64,000 bases of DNA from Rhodospirillaceae bacterium. GTDB lineage: Bacteria; Pseudomonadota; Alphaproteobacteria; UBA828. The DNA is taken from the NCBI GenBank assembly GCA_018666805.1, contig JABIXB010000205.1, positions 12,889 through 76,888 on the forward strand, read 5' to 3'. The stretch's first letter is position 1; every line of letters begins with the position of its first letter. Under the pieces are notes generated by a model that was given only the letters and a program-made list of their open reading frames with translations, was not told the DNA's origin and ran no database searches. The position numbers and the translations under genes are program-made. Shown one piece after another: positions 49,562 to 58,884 of this stretch.

Positions 49562-50257
49562 ATGATTGAAGCGCTTAGTTTGGCCTTCAGGCAACTTGGT
49601 GATCGGCGCATCAGGCACGCCATATTGTGGACGCTGCTGATTGCGCTTACGATTTCCGCCATATTGATCGCTGGCGCGACCGCGACGTTCGCCCTGTTGG
49701 AGCTTTCCGGAATCGTCTTTGTCGATTGGGCCTTGGCGCTCTTAGGCGGCATTGCGGCGGCCTTTGTTGCCTGGATGCTGTTCCCGGTATTGGCGGCTGA
49801 GATCCTCTACGCCTTTGTCGATCAAGTCGCCGACGCGGTTGAGGAACGCCACTACCCGCACCTGCCGAAGCCCACGCCGGCCTCGTTCTGGCATTATACG
49901 ATCGCCGGCATCCGCCTCGCTCTGGTCATGGGATTTTTCAATCTGCTTATCCTGCCGCTCGCCTTCTTTCCGGTCGCCAATGTGCTTTATCCGATTTTCT
50001 ACTTCATCATCAACGGCATTTTGCTGGGGCGCGAATTCTTCGAAATCGTTGCGCCGCGGCGCATGGATTTTAAAGCCGTACGCCAGTTACGGCGAAAGCA
50101 CCGCATTAAACTATTTGTCTCAGGCGTTGTAATTGCATTATTATTCACAATTCCGCTGATTAACTTAATCGCACCGATCGTGGCAACGGCCTTCATGGTC
50201 CATATCTTCCACGGTCTGGGCGGCAGCGGAACACCGCGCTCCGAATTGCGGTCATGA
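49562..50257 (+). CDS. EI24 / CysZ-like (DUF540) polytopic inner-membrane protein
   Basis: Four or five TM helices with the CysZ-like pattern (GIRLALV..NLLILPLAFFP...NGILLGREF...TIPLINL). Its stop is 5 bp before the bactofilin start. Confidence 0.65.
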   Translation: MIEALSLAFRQLGDRRIRHAILWTLLIALTISAILIAGATATFALLELSGIVFVDWALALLGGIAAAFVAWMLFPVLAAEILYAFVDQVADAVEERHYPHLPKPTPASFWHYTIAGIRLALVMGFFNLLILPLAFFPVANVLYPIFYFIINGILLGREFFEIVAPRRMDFKAVRQLRRKHRIKLFVSGVVIALLFTIPLINLIAPIVATAFMVHIFHGLGGSGTPRSELRS

Positions 50258-50261
50258 GCTT

Positions 50262-50894
50262 TTGATGGATACAGAAATGGTCCGCCGTAGAAGCAACGAA
50301 CCAGGAGGCCGCAGGCCTATGCCCGGCAGCAGCAACGAAGACCCGCATTTCATACCGCGCTTTTCGAGCGAACCGATGAGCCTGGATGGCCCGAGCCGAG
50401 CGGTGCAGTTTCATCCCGATGTGCCGCACCGAAGAGATGGCCACCACGCCCTATCCGAGCCCGGCGCGCCTGACGAATTCGGCCTGGAAAGCAAGCTTCT
50501 GACCGTGGGCAAGGATATGGGCCTGAAGGGCGCCGAGATTTCCGATTGCGACCGTCTCGTCGTCGAAGGCACGATTGACGGCACCCTGACCAGCGGGCGC
50601 TATCTCGAGATTGATGTTGGCGGCACCTTCAAGGGCTCGGCGGTGATCGATAATGCCGAAATCGCCGGCACCTTCGAGGGCGAATTGCGCGTTCATAACC
50701 GCCTCGCCATTCACGCTTCGGGACTGGTCATCGGCAAGATCTATTATGGCCAACTCGAAATAGAGCGCGGCGGGCGCATAAACGGCGCGGCCGAACATGA
50801 CGGCGGAAACCGCGAAGCCGATCTGCAGCCGGTCAGCGACGGGAACCAGGAAATAACATTTTCCACGCCGGCGGCTGCGTCAGAAACGGATTGA
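50262..50894 (+). CDS. Bactofilin family cytoskeletal protein
   Basis: Bactofilin (DUF583) beta-helical core LTVGKDMGLKGAEISDCDRLVVEGTIDGTLTSGRYLEIDVGGTFKGSAVIDNAEIAGTFEGELRVHNRLAIHASGLVIGKIYYGQLEIERGG. A long disordered N-terminus precedes it; the exact start is uncertain. Confidence 0.8.
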   Translation: MMDTEMVRRRSNEPGGRRPMPGSSNEDPHFIPRFSSEPMSLDGPSRAVQFHPDVPHRRDGHHALSEPGAPDEFGLESKLLTVGKDMGLKGAEISDCDRLVVEGTIDGTLTSGRYLEIDVGGTFKGSAVIDNAEIAGTFEGELRVHNRLAIHASGLVIGKIYYGQLEIERGGRINGAAEHDGGNREADLQPVSDGNQEITFSTPAAASETD

Positions 50895-51481
50895 TGGCGC
50901 GCCGACTATGGGAGGCCAAGCCGGCATCGCCGGTTGTGTTGGTGCTTGCCCTGATCCTGCTTGTCGTGGCTGCCTGCACCAAGCCCTACAATCCTGCGCA
51001 AGGCCCGGACGGTGACTCCCCACCGCCAACCTCAGCAACGGAAACTACCCTGCAGCAGGATACCGCGCCCACCGAAGCGGTTGCCGAAAAGGCTTCGCCA
51101 CCGCCTAAGGAGCTGAGCGAACCAGCGCCCGCGCCGCTCGCCGCATTGGAGACAGAATCGCCACTCGCCCCGGCACAAATAGAGGTGATGCCGCCGATCA
51201 ATGACGATCCGCATCAACTGATGGGTCTGGCGCCCAGCGCCGTCAACCGCCTGCTCGGGCCACCTTCCCTGTTGCGGACGGAGGCACCGGCCGAAGTCTG
51301 GCAATACACGGCGGAGGATTGCGTCCTCGACATATATCTCTACGCCGAAGAACAAATGCCGGATCGTTCCCGCGTTACTTATTATGAGATTCGCCGTTCC
51401 GATACGGCCACCCGAGGTGCGCGCGCCTGCTTCGGCGAAATCATCCAAAGCTGGAACAACACCAGCGGCGAAACGCCCTAA
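50891..51481 (+). CDS. Pro-rich lipoprotein (hypothetical), translationally coupled to the bactofilin
   Basis: The start overlaps the bactofilin stop (ATGA). Lipobox VVAAC-T, a Pro/Ala-rich linker, and a conserved-looking C-terminal domain with 2 Cys. Confidence 0.55.
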   Translation: MMARRLWEAKPASPVVLVLALILLVVAACTKPYNPAQGPDGDSPPPTSATETTLQQDTAPTEAVAEKASPPPKELSEPAPAPLAALETESPLAPAQIEVMPPINDDPHQLMGLAPSAVNRLLGPPSLLRTEAPAEVWQYTAEDCVLDIYLYAEEQMPDRSRVTYYEIRRSDTATRGARACFGEIIQSWNNTSGETP

Positions 51482-51498
51482 TCCTCTTCCGGAGCCGT

Positions 51499-52140
51499 CT
51501 ATTCCGATTCTGTGGTCTTTGCCTTGAAGGCGCAGAGTTCGCGCACCTCGCAGGCCGGACAATCGGGGTTGCGCGCCTTGCACACATAGCGGCCGAATAG
51601 GATCAACCAGTGATGCGCGTGCTGGAGATATTCTTGCGGAACGGCCTTGTAGAGCTTGTCCTCCACCTGATCGGGTGTTTTGCCGCGCGCTAGACCTGAG
51701 CGGTTGGCAACCCGGAAGACATGGGTGTCGACAGCGATCGTCGGTTGACCAAATACCGTGTTGAGAACAACCCCCGCCGTTTTACGCCCGACACCGGGCA
51801 AGGCCTCCAACTGGGCGCGGTTATCCGGTACCTGACTGTCATGACGTTCAATCAGCATCGCGCTCAGCGCGATGATATTTCTGGCCTTGGCATTGTAGAG
51901 GCCAATGGTGCGGATGTGCTTCTTGAGCCCAGCCTCGCCCAGGGCTACCATTTTCTCCGGCGTGTCGGTGGCGGCGAAAAGTTTCTTTGTCGCCTTGTTA
52001 ACGCCGACGTCGGTGGCCTGGGCGGAAAGCACAACGGCGACCAAAAGCGTATAGGGATTTTTAAATTTAAGCTCGGTCACCGGCGCAGGAATTCGCGCCG
52101 CCAACCGTTTCATGAATTCAGCGGCATCGGTCTTTTTCAT
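51499..52140 (-). CDS. nth: Endonuclease III
   Basis: HhH-GPD motif LPGVGRKTA and the C-terminal 4Fe-4S cluster C-x6-C-x2-C-x5-C (CKARNPDCPACEVRELC). Confidence 0.9.
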   Translation of the reverse strand: MKKTDAAEFMKRLAARIPAPVTELKFKNPYTLLVAVVLSAQATDVGVNKATKKLFAATDTPEKMVALGEAGLKKHIRTIGLYNAKARNIIALSAMLIERHDSQVPDNRAQLEALPGVGRKTAGVVLNTVFGQPTIAVDTHVFRVANRSGLARGKTPDQVEDKLYKAVPQEYLQHAHHWLILFGRYVCKARNPDCPACEVRELCAFKAKTTESE

Positions 52141-52325
52141 GGTGGCTGAGATTAGTGGGAGAGAGCAGGTTACACTAGAGCAAAACCCGAGCAGGTGGAA
52201 TCACCCGCGACGACGATTTGCTTCAAACCCAAAGTGATAGAGCATTTTGCGTGAGCGCATGCGAACGTGACATGCTCTAGGGAATAGAATCCAAACTATG
52301 TACATGACAGTGCCGGCGGGTTGAA

Positions 52326-53558
52326 ATGAAACTGCTCCTAACCCTGTTGCTGATGGCAGTGCTTATAGCGCTGGCACCCTATGGCAGCGCCTCCGCCGGG
52401 TTAAGCGAAGGGCGTGCTGCCTATGCGCGCGGCGACTACAGCACGGCGATAAGCGAATTTACAGCGCTGGCCGAAGCCGGAAACGCCTACGCGCAACGCA
52501 TGCTCGGTGCCATGTACCGCCAAGGCCAGGGCGTCGCCAAGAATGCGGAACACGCCCTCTATTGGACGCAAAAGGCGGTCAAGCAGGGCGATGGCGGGGC
52601 ACAATTCAATCTCGCCAACATGTACGAGACCGGTGATTTGGTAGCGAAGAATTTTCCTCTCGCGGCCAAATTGTATCAGCTCGCGGCGCGCGCCGATATT
52701 CCTCTGGCGCAATATCGCCTCGGCGTATTTTTCCTTGAGGGCCTCGGCGGCACGCGCGACCGGGTGCGCGCCTTCGTATGGTTTTCACGTGCCGCCGTCA
52801 ATGAGCGTGCCGGCGGACTGGCGGCCCATGCCGCCAAAGCGCGTGACAAGATCGGCCAGCGCCTGAGTGAAACGGAGAAGGCGCGCGGCGCCCAGCTCCT
52901 GCAGCGGATGTTGGCGCAGTCCGCAGGCGTATCGCGCAAGCCAGCCAAGCAATCGACCGGCACCGGATTTATCGTCAGCGCCGATGGCTATATCCTGACC
53001 AATAACCATGTCGTCGCCGGCTGCAAGGAAGTGCATATCAAGCCGCTCGTCGTGCCGGTTGTTGCCACCGACGCCAAGCGCGATCTCGCGCTCTTAAAGG
53101 TGGGCGCTAATTTCAAGCGCTTCGCGACCTTCAGAGACGGCGCCATCCGCAAAGGTGAAAGCGTTGTCGTAGCGGGCTTCCCGCTGCACGGCGTGCTTGC
53201 CTCCGACCTTAAAATCACTACCGGCACGGTGAGCGGATTAGCCGGGCCGGGCAACAACGCGACGCTTCTGCAACTTTCCGCACCGATCCAGAAAGGCAAT
53301 AGCGGCGGCCCGTTACTCGACCTTTCGGGCCATGTGATCGGCGTGGTGGTGAGCAAATTGGACGCGCTGAAAATGGCCCGCGCGACCGGCGATATCCCGC
53401 AAAATGTGAATTTCGCCATCAAGGGGGATGTCGCGCACGCATTCTTGGCGGAGCATGATGTCGCGGTCGTGACGGCACAATCGACAGCAGATCTGCCGCC
53501 CGCCGATGTCGCCGAGCGCGCCCAGCTCTACACCGCATTGATCGAATGTTGGAAGTGA
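52326..53558 (+). CDS. Secreted Sel1-repeat protein fused to a trypsin-like (S1C/DegP-like) serine protease domain; no PDZ domain
   Basis: Signal peptide. Four Sel1-like repeats (AQRMLGAMYRQGQGV, AQFNLANMYETGD, AQYRLGVFFLEGLG). The protease domain has GTGFIVSADGYILTNNHV (His), D..DLALLKV (Asp) and GNSGGPL (Ser). Confidence 0.75.
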   Translation: MKLLLTLLLMAVLIALAPYGSASAGLSEGRAAYARGDYSTAISEFTALAEAGNAYAQRMLGAMYRQGQGVAKNAEHALYWTQKAVKQGDGGAQFNLANMYETGDLVAKNFPLAAKLYQLAARADIPLAQYRLGVFFLEGLGGTRDRVRAFVWFSRAAVNERAGGLAAHAAKARDKIGQRLSETEKARGAQLLQRMLAQSAGVSRKPAKQSTGTGFIVSADGYILTNNHVVAGCKEVHIKPLVVPVVATDAKRDLALLKVGANFKRFATFRDGAIRKGESVVVAGFPLHGVLASDLKITTGTVSGLAGPGNNATLLQLSAPIQKGNSGGPLLDLSGHVIGVVVSKLDALKMARATGDIPQNVNFAIKGDVAHAFLAEHDVAVVTAQSTADLPPADVAERAQLYTALIECWK

Positions 53559-53582
53559 CATGGCTGTTGGAAGTGACATGGC
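53547..53582. repeat. 18-bp perfect tandem duplication (TGTTGGAAGTGACATGGC x2) spanning the protease stop codon and the start codon of the next small ORF
   Basis: Copy 1 is at 53547-53564 and copy 2 at 53565-53582. The TGA stop of the Sel1-protease lies at 53556-53558. In-frame ATGs occur at 53560 and 53578. Confidence 0.75.
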
Positions 53583-53754
53583 ACAGGGCGAAGGTAATTT
53601 TCGCGACGCGAACCTCGCCAACGAGTTACGGGAGCCGGTGCTATTCGATGCGGCGCTCGAGCCGCACCGCGCGCTGCCGCGTTACGGCCTCATCGTGGTC
53701 ATGCTGGCGGCGGGGATCATCACTCTGGGCGTTGGCGGAAATACGCCAAGCTAG
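53560..53754 (+). CDS. Small hypothetical single-TM protein, translationally coupled to the Sel1-protease
   Basis: 57-64 aa, depending on which duplicated ATG is used. GC3-rich codon usage and a C-terminal TM helix LIVVMLAAGIITLGVGG. Its stop overlaps the convergent dapB stop. Confidence 0.35.
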   Translation: MAVGSDMAQGEGNFRDANLANELREPVLFDAALEPHRALPRYGLIVVMLAAGIITLGVGGNTPS

Positions 53755-54578
53755 GTGAGCGCGGCGAAATTCAATACATCCGCCATGGTATAGAGGCCGG
53801 GCGGCTTGCCTTGCGCCCAGGCCGCCGCGCGCAACGCGCCGCGGGCATAGGTCTGGCGGCTGGATGATTTGTGGGTCAGTTCCAAACGCTCGCCATCGGC
53901 GGCAAAAATCACGCTGTGATCGCCGACCACGTCACCGCCCCTGAGCGCAGCAAAGCCGATGGCGCCGCGCGCCCGTGCACCGGTAACGCCATCGCGCCCG
54001 CGCTCGGCGACATCATCCAACTGAACGCCCCGGCCCTTGGCAACCGCGCGGCCCAATCCGAGCGCGGTGCCGGAAGGTGAATCGACCTTGTGACGGTGAT
54101 GCATCTCGACGATTTCGACATCGTAGTCATCATCTAAAAGCGCCGCCGCCTGCTCGGCCAAATGCATCAAAAGATTGACACAGAGGCTCATATTCGGCGC
54201 CTGGACAATTGCCGTTTTTTCGCCGGCCCGCGCCAATGCGCCTTGCTGTTCGGCGGCAATACCGGTGGTGCCGATAATCAGCGCCGTGCCATGGCGGGCG
54301 GCGCCCTCAGCATGATCGGTGGTAGCGATGGGAAGGGTAAAATCGAGCACCACGTCGCTGGCGGCAAAGAGCGCGTCGCTGTCATCGCTAACGGCAACGG
54401 AGAGGGCCGCCCCGCCGGCAACTTCGCCGGCATCGCGCCCGAGCATCGCATGGCCAGAGATTTCGCTGGCCGCAACCAGACAAAAGCCGGGTGTCTCGGA
54501 AATTTGGCGAATCAGTGTCACGCCCATTCTGCCGGTGGCGCCCGTCACACCAATTTTTATGTCGTTTTGTTCCACCAT
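53751..54578 (-). CDS. dapB: 4-hydroxy-tetrahydrodipicolinate reductase
   Basis: KIGVTGATGRMG NAD(P) motif and EIVEMHHRHKVDSPSGTA catalytic motif. Start placed at MVEQNDIK. Confidence 0.9.
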   Translation of the reverse strand: MVEQNDIKIGVTGATGRMGVTLIRQISETPGFCLVAASEISGHAMLGRDAGEVAGGAALSVAVSDDSDALFAASDVVLDFTLPIATTDHAEGAARHGTALIIGTTGIAAEQQGALARAGEKTAIVQAPNMSLCVNLLMHLAEQAAALLDDDYDVEIVEMHHRHKVDSPSGTALGLGRAVAKGRGVQLDDVAERGRDGVTGARARGAIGFAALRGGDVVGDHSVIFAADGERLELTHKSSSRQTYARGALRAAAWAQGKPPGLYTMADVLNFAALT

Positions 54579-54677
54579 GTCGCCCCCGCTTGTTGCAGGG
54601 GGACAAAAAAACACAAAGCGCGGCGGACACCAAGCGCTATTGCATGTTCAACGCCAATGCAAAATTTGGTTGCCGGT

Positions 54678-55811
54678 TTAATCCTTGAGGTCTTCCCAGA
54701 TATCCTTGACCTTGGAAAAGAATCCGTCCGACTGCGGGCTGGTGGATTTGGTGCCGAGCGAATCGAATTGCTTGAGCAGTTCTTTTTGCTTCTTGTTGAG
54801 ATTGACCGGCGTTTCGACCGAAACCTCAATATACATATCGCCCTTCGAGCCACCTCTGAGCGCCGGCATGCCTTTGCCGCGCAAGCGGAACTGATGGCCG
54901 CTCTGGGTGCCGTGCGGGATGGTCACGCGCGCCCGCCCGCCGCCCAGCGTCGGCACATCGATGGAGCCACCAAGTGTGGCCGAGAACATCGGAATGGGAA
55001 CCTGGCAATAGAGGTTCATGGCATCGCGCTGAAACAGCGGATGCGGTTTGATGGAAATGAAAATATAGAGATCGCCCGCTGGCGCACCGCGCGCCCCGGC
55101 TTCGCCCTCACCGGCAAGGCGAATGCGCGTGCCGTCCTCAACCCCGGCCGGAATATTGACCGACAGCGTCTTTTCCTTTTGTACCCGACCGGCACCTCGG
55201 CAGCTTTTACACGGATCAGCGATCACGGTGCCGGAGCCCTGGCAGGTCGGGCAGGTGCGCTCGATGGTAAAAAATCCCTGCTGCGCCCGCACTTTGCCGA
55301 CGCCGCCACAGGCACTGCATATGGTCGGCTTGGTGCCTTCCTTGGCGCCGCTGCCGGAGCAATCGTCGCAGCTTACCGACGTCGCAGCCTGTATTTTGGT
55401 CTGCTTGCCGGCAAAGGCGTCTTCGAGATTGACTTCCATATTGTAGCGCAGATCGGCACCCCGCGCCGGACCACGCCGCCCGCCGCGCCGCTGGCCGCCC
55501 ATGAAATCGCCGAACAGGTCGTCAAATACATCGGCAAAACTGGAGCGGAAATCGAAATCGCCGGGACCGGCGCCACCGCCGCCGCCCTCGAATGCGGCAT
55601 GGCCATACTGATTATAGGCACTGCGTTTTTGTTCGTCGGAGAGCACGCCATACGCTTCCGACAGCTCCTTGAACATGGCTTCGGCTTCGTCGTCATCCGG
55701 ATTGCGATCCGGGTGATATTTCATCGCCAGCTTACGGTACGACTTCTTCAGTTCCGCCGCATCCGCGTCGCGGGTGACACCCAGTGTCTCGTAATAATCT
55801 CGTTTGGCCAT
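54678..55811 (-). CDS. dnaJ: Molecular chaperone DnaJ
   Basis: J-domain with HPD (YHPDRNP), a G/F-rich region, and four CxxCxGxG zinc-finger repeats. Start placed at MAKRDYYE. Confidence 0.95.
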   Translation of the reverse strand: MAKRDYYETLGVTRDADAAELKKSYRKLAMKYHPDRNPDDDEAEAMFKELSEAYGVLSDEQKRSAYNQYGHAAFEGGGGGAGPGDFDFRSSFADVFDDLFGDFMGGQRRGGRRGPARGADLRYNMEVNLEDAFAGKQTKIQAATSVSCDDCSGSGAKEGTKPTICSACGGVGKVRAQQGFFTIERTCPTCQGSGTVIADPCKSCRGAGRVQKEKTLSVNIPAGVEDGTRIRLAGEGEAGARGAPAGDLYIFISIKPHPLFQRDAMNLYCQVPIPMFSATLGGSIDVPTLGGGRARVTIPHGTQSGHQFRLRGKGMPALRGGSKGDMYIEVSVETPVNLNKKQKELLKQFDSLGTKSTSPQSDGFFSKVKDIWEDLKD

Positions 55812-55909
55812 TCTGCCCTCAACGCCCGACACGACCGTGCACACCGCGCCCGAAATTTGGCGGCGTTGCCGGAATGATCTGCATGGATAGCGTCACCGCT
55901 GGAAGCGGT

Positions 55910-57874
55910 TCAATCGGGACGCTGGTTCTTGTCTTCGTCGTCGAGTTCCTCGAATTCGGCATCGACAATATTGTCGGGCTCCGGCGCGTCATCGTCGCCG
56001 GCCGGACCAGCGCCACCCGGCCCCATACCCTCCATACCTTCCATACCTTCAGGCATGCCGCCCTCGGGCCCGGCGCTATCCTTATAAACGGCCTCACCCA
56101 GCTTCATCGACGCCTGGCCAAGCTTTTCCATCTTGGCGCCGATCTCGGCCGCATCCTCGCTCGCCAGCGCGCCGCGCACTTCCTCGATCTCGGCTTCGAT
56201 CACGCTCTTCTCTTCAGCGCTAACCTTATCGCCGTGCTCCTCGAGCATTTTCTCGACACTGTGCACCATGGCTTCGGCGTGATTGCGCGCCTCGACCAAT
56301 TCCTTGCGCTTCGCGTCTTCTTCAGCATGCGCCTCGGCATCATGCACCATGCGGTCGATCTCAGAATCATCGAGTCCGCCCGACGCCTGGATGCGAATCT
56401 GCTGTTCTTTGCTGGTCGCTTTGTCTTTGGCCGAAACATTGACGATGCCGTTGGCATCGATATCGAACGTCACCTCGATTTGCGGCAAGCCGCGCGGTGC
56501 CGGGGGAATACCGACCAAATCAAACTGCCCGAGTATCTTATTATCCGCCGCCATTTCGCGCTCGCCCTGGAAGACGCGAATGGTCACCGCTGACTGGCTA
56601 TCCTCAGCGGTCGAAAAAACCTGGCTCTTTTTGGTTGGTATGGTCGTGTTGCGATCGATCAAGCGGGTGAATACGCCGCCCAGTGTTTCGATGCCGAGCG
56701 AGAGCGGCGTCACGTCGAGCAACAACACATCCTTGACGTCGCCCTGCAAAACGCCGGCCTGAATGGCCGCGCCGATCGCCACGACTTCGTCCGGATTAAC
56801 GCCCTTGTTGGGCTCACGGCCGAAGAAATTTTTCACCGTCTCAATCACTTTCGGCATGCGCGTCATGCCGCCAACGAGAATGACTTCGTCGATTTCGCCC
56901 GCCGACAGGCCGGCATCTTTCAATGCCGCCTTGCACGGATCGATGGTGCGGTTGACGAGATCCTCGACGATGGCCTCGAGCTTGGCCCGCGTCACCTTCA
57001 TGGTCAGATGCTTGGGGCCGCTTGAATCAGCGGTGATGAACGGCAGATTGATTTCCGTCTGCACGGCGCTCGACAATTCGATCTTGGCTTTCTCGGCAGC
57101 TTCTTTCAGACGCTGCAGCGCGAGTTTGTCCTCGCGCAGATCGATGCCGTTTTCCTTTTGGAATTCCTCCGCCAGATAGGAGAGCAGGCGGATATCGAAA
57201 TCCTCGCCGCCGAGGAAGGTATCGCCATTGGTCGATTTGACCTCAAACACACCGTCGCCGATTTCGAGTACGGATACGTCAAACGTGCCGCCGCCAAGAT
57301 CGAACACGGCGATGGTGCCGTTTTCCTTGCGGTCGAGACCGTAGGCGAGCGCTGCCGCGGTCGGCTCATTGATGATGCGCAGCACTTCGAGGCCGGCGAT
57401 CTGGCCGGCGTCCTTGGTCGCCTGGCGCTGCGAATCGTTGAAATAGGCCGGCACGGTGATCACTGCCTGTTCGACATTTTCACCGAGATGGGATTCGACC
57501 GTTTCTTTCATCTTTTGCAGGATAAAAGCGCTGATTTGGCTCGGCGAATAGCTTTCGCCGCGCGCCGTAACCCAGGCATCGGCATTGTCATGCTCGGTGA
57601 TGGAATAGGGCACCATCTTGATGTCTTTTTGCGTCATCGGGTCCTTATAGGCACGTCCGATGAGGCGCTTGATGGCGAAGATTGTGTTTTCCGGGTTGGT
57701 AACACCCTGACGCTTGGCCGATTGGCCGACCAGGCGCTCACCATCCTCGGCGAAGGCGACAATTGATGGCGTGGTGCGCCCGCCCTCTGAGTTTTCGACC
57801 ACGCGGGGCTCCGAGCCCTCCATGATCGCCACACAGGAGTTTGTCGTGCCGAGATCGATACCGATAACTTTGCT
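55910..57874 (-). CDS. dnaK: Molecular chaperone DnaK (Hsp70)
   Basis: [18 protein letters not shown] and the EEVD-like acidic C-terminus. Start placed at [10 protein letters not shown]. Confidence 0.95.
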   Translation of the reverse strand, partial: SKVIGIDLGTTNSCVAIMEGSEPRVVENSEGGRTTPSIVAFAEDGERLVGQSAKRQGVTNPENTIFAIKRLIGRAYKDPMTQKDIKMVPYSITEHDNADAWVTARGESYSPSQISAFILQKMKETVESHLGENVEQAVITVPAYFNDSQRQATKDAGQIAGLEVLRIINEPTAAALAYGLDRKENGTIAVFDLGGGTFDVSVLEIGDGVFEVKSTNGDTFLGGEDFDIRLLSYLAEEFQKENGIDLREDKLALQRLKEAAEKAKIELSSAVQTEINLPFITADSSGPKHLTMKVTRAKLEAIVEDLVNRTIDPCKAALKDAGLSAGEIDEVILVGGMTRMPKVIETVKNFFGREPNKGVNPDEVVAIGAAIQAGVLQGDVKDVLLLDVTPLSLGIETLGGVFTRLIDRNTTIPTKKSQVFSTAEDSQSAVTIRVFQGEREMAADNKILGQFDLVGIPPAPRGLPQIEVTFDIDANGIVNVSAKDKATSKEQQIRIQASGGLDDSEIDRMVHDAEAHAEEDAKRKELVEARNHAEAMVHSVEKMLEEHGDKVSAEEKSVIEAEIEEVRGALASEDAAEIGAKMEKLGQASMKLGEAVYKDSAGPEGGMPEGMEGMEGMGPGGAGPAGDDDAPEPDNIVDAEFEELDDEDKNQRPD

Positions 57875-58142
57875 CATATTAGCCCTCATAGCTCTGCAGG
57901 CCGGGGCGGCCACTTAATGCACCGCCTGGGCCCCATAAATGGGCAAACCGCCGCTTAGGCTGCGGTTCAAGTTTCGATGGCACATATTGGTGCCCCATCG
58001 CCTGCCTACAACCGCCTACAACACGGAAATTTGCCAAAAATGCTTAAAATTGGCCAATTCACCCGAATCCGGGCCTTAATTGGCCTTATCAATTCCCAAA
58101 TCTGCGCCGAGAAATCGCTAAATCTCGACGCAACATAGCCAT

Positions 58143-58841
58143 TTAGGCGCTTGTGTCGAGTGCGCTGCCAAGATTTTCCGCCTTGCCATTGTCGCCCGAC
58201 TGATCGCCATCCATATCCTTGGGCGGCGGCGCAGCCTTGGCAACGCCGACCATCGCCGGGCGCAGCAGGCGATCGCCAATAACGAAACCGGCCTGCACGA
58301 CCTCGATAATCGTTCCGTCGGGCTGGCCCGTCGCCGGCGCCTCGAACATCGCCTGATGCAGATTATAGTCGAATTTTTCGCCGAGCGGGTTGACCTGCTT
58401 GATGCCGTGGCGCTCCAGGGCGGTGGCCAATTCGCGCGCCGTCATCTCGACACCTTCAACCAGGGCCTTGACGATTTCGCTCTCCTCGCGCGCCCCGTCC
58501 GGAATGGATTCGAGGGCACGCGCCATATTGTCCGACACCGACAACATATCGCGGGCAAAATTTGCGATGCCGTAACGGCCAGCGTCGGCGACATCTTTTT
58601 TCGCCCGTCGGCGGACATTTTCGGTTTCAGCAAGGGCGCGCAAGAGCTGGTCCTTCAGCTCTGTCGCGTCTGCGTCGGCATTCTCTTCTTCTTCGGATTC
58701 GCCGTCGTCAGGCGCCATTTCAGGTATATCCAGAGCCGTTTCTTCGTCTCGAATCTCTTCGGATTCGCCAGAATCGCCGGCATTCTCAGCGCCTGTGCGT
58801 TCTCGCTCGTTATCGTTCATGGAGTGTTCACCTTCGCTCAT
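58143..58841 (-). CDS. grpE: Nucleotide exchange factor GrpE
   Basis: Acidic N-terminus, a coiled coil (LKDQLLRALAETENVRRR), and a C-terminal beta domain with the GrpE signature. Confidence 0.9.
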   Translation of the reverse strand: MSEGEHSMNDNERERTGAENAGDSGESEEIRDEETALDIPEMAPDDGESEEEENADADATELKDQLLRALAETENVRRRAKKDVADAGRYGIANFARDMLSVSDNMARALESIPDGAREESEIVKALVEGVEMTARELATALERHGIKQVNPLGEKFDYNLHQAMFEAPATGQPDGTIIEVVQAGFVIGDRLLRPAMVGVAKAAPPPKDMDGDQSGDNGKAENLGSALDTSA

Positions 58842-58842
58842 T

Positions 58843-58884
58843 CATTAACTCAAAATTCGCCCGCATTAACTCAAAATTCGTCCA
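58843..58884. repeat. 21-bp tandem duplication at the hrcA stop / grpE start junction
   Basis: cattaactcaaaattcgcccg (58843-58863) and cattaactcaaaattcgtcca (58864-58884) are identical at 18 of 21 positions. On the minus strand each copy carries GAATTTTGAGTTAATG, i.e. the last hrcA codons plus TAA. Confidence 0.7.

Noticed and set aside
53546-53758. 70-aa plus-strand ORF beginning MLEVTWLLEVTW
   Set aside because: It is an alternative frame through the 18-bp duplication. It lacks the GC3 bias of the in-frame small ORF at 53560.
54162-55877. 571-aa plus-strand ORF
   Set aside because: It is antisense to dapB and dnaJ. Low-complexity translation.
57914-58142. Sigma-32 promoter for dnaK (CTTGAA ... 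CCCATTTAT on the minus strand)
   Set aside because: The spacer between the two elements is about 22 nt, outside the 13-17 nt expected, so it is not reported as a promoter feature.
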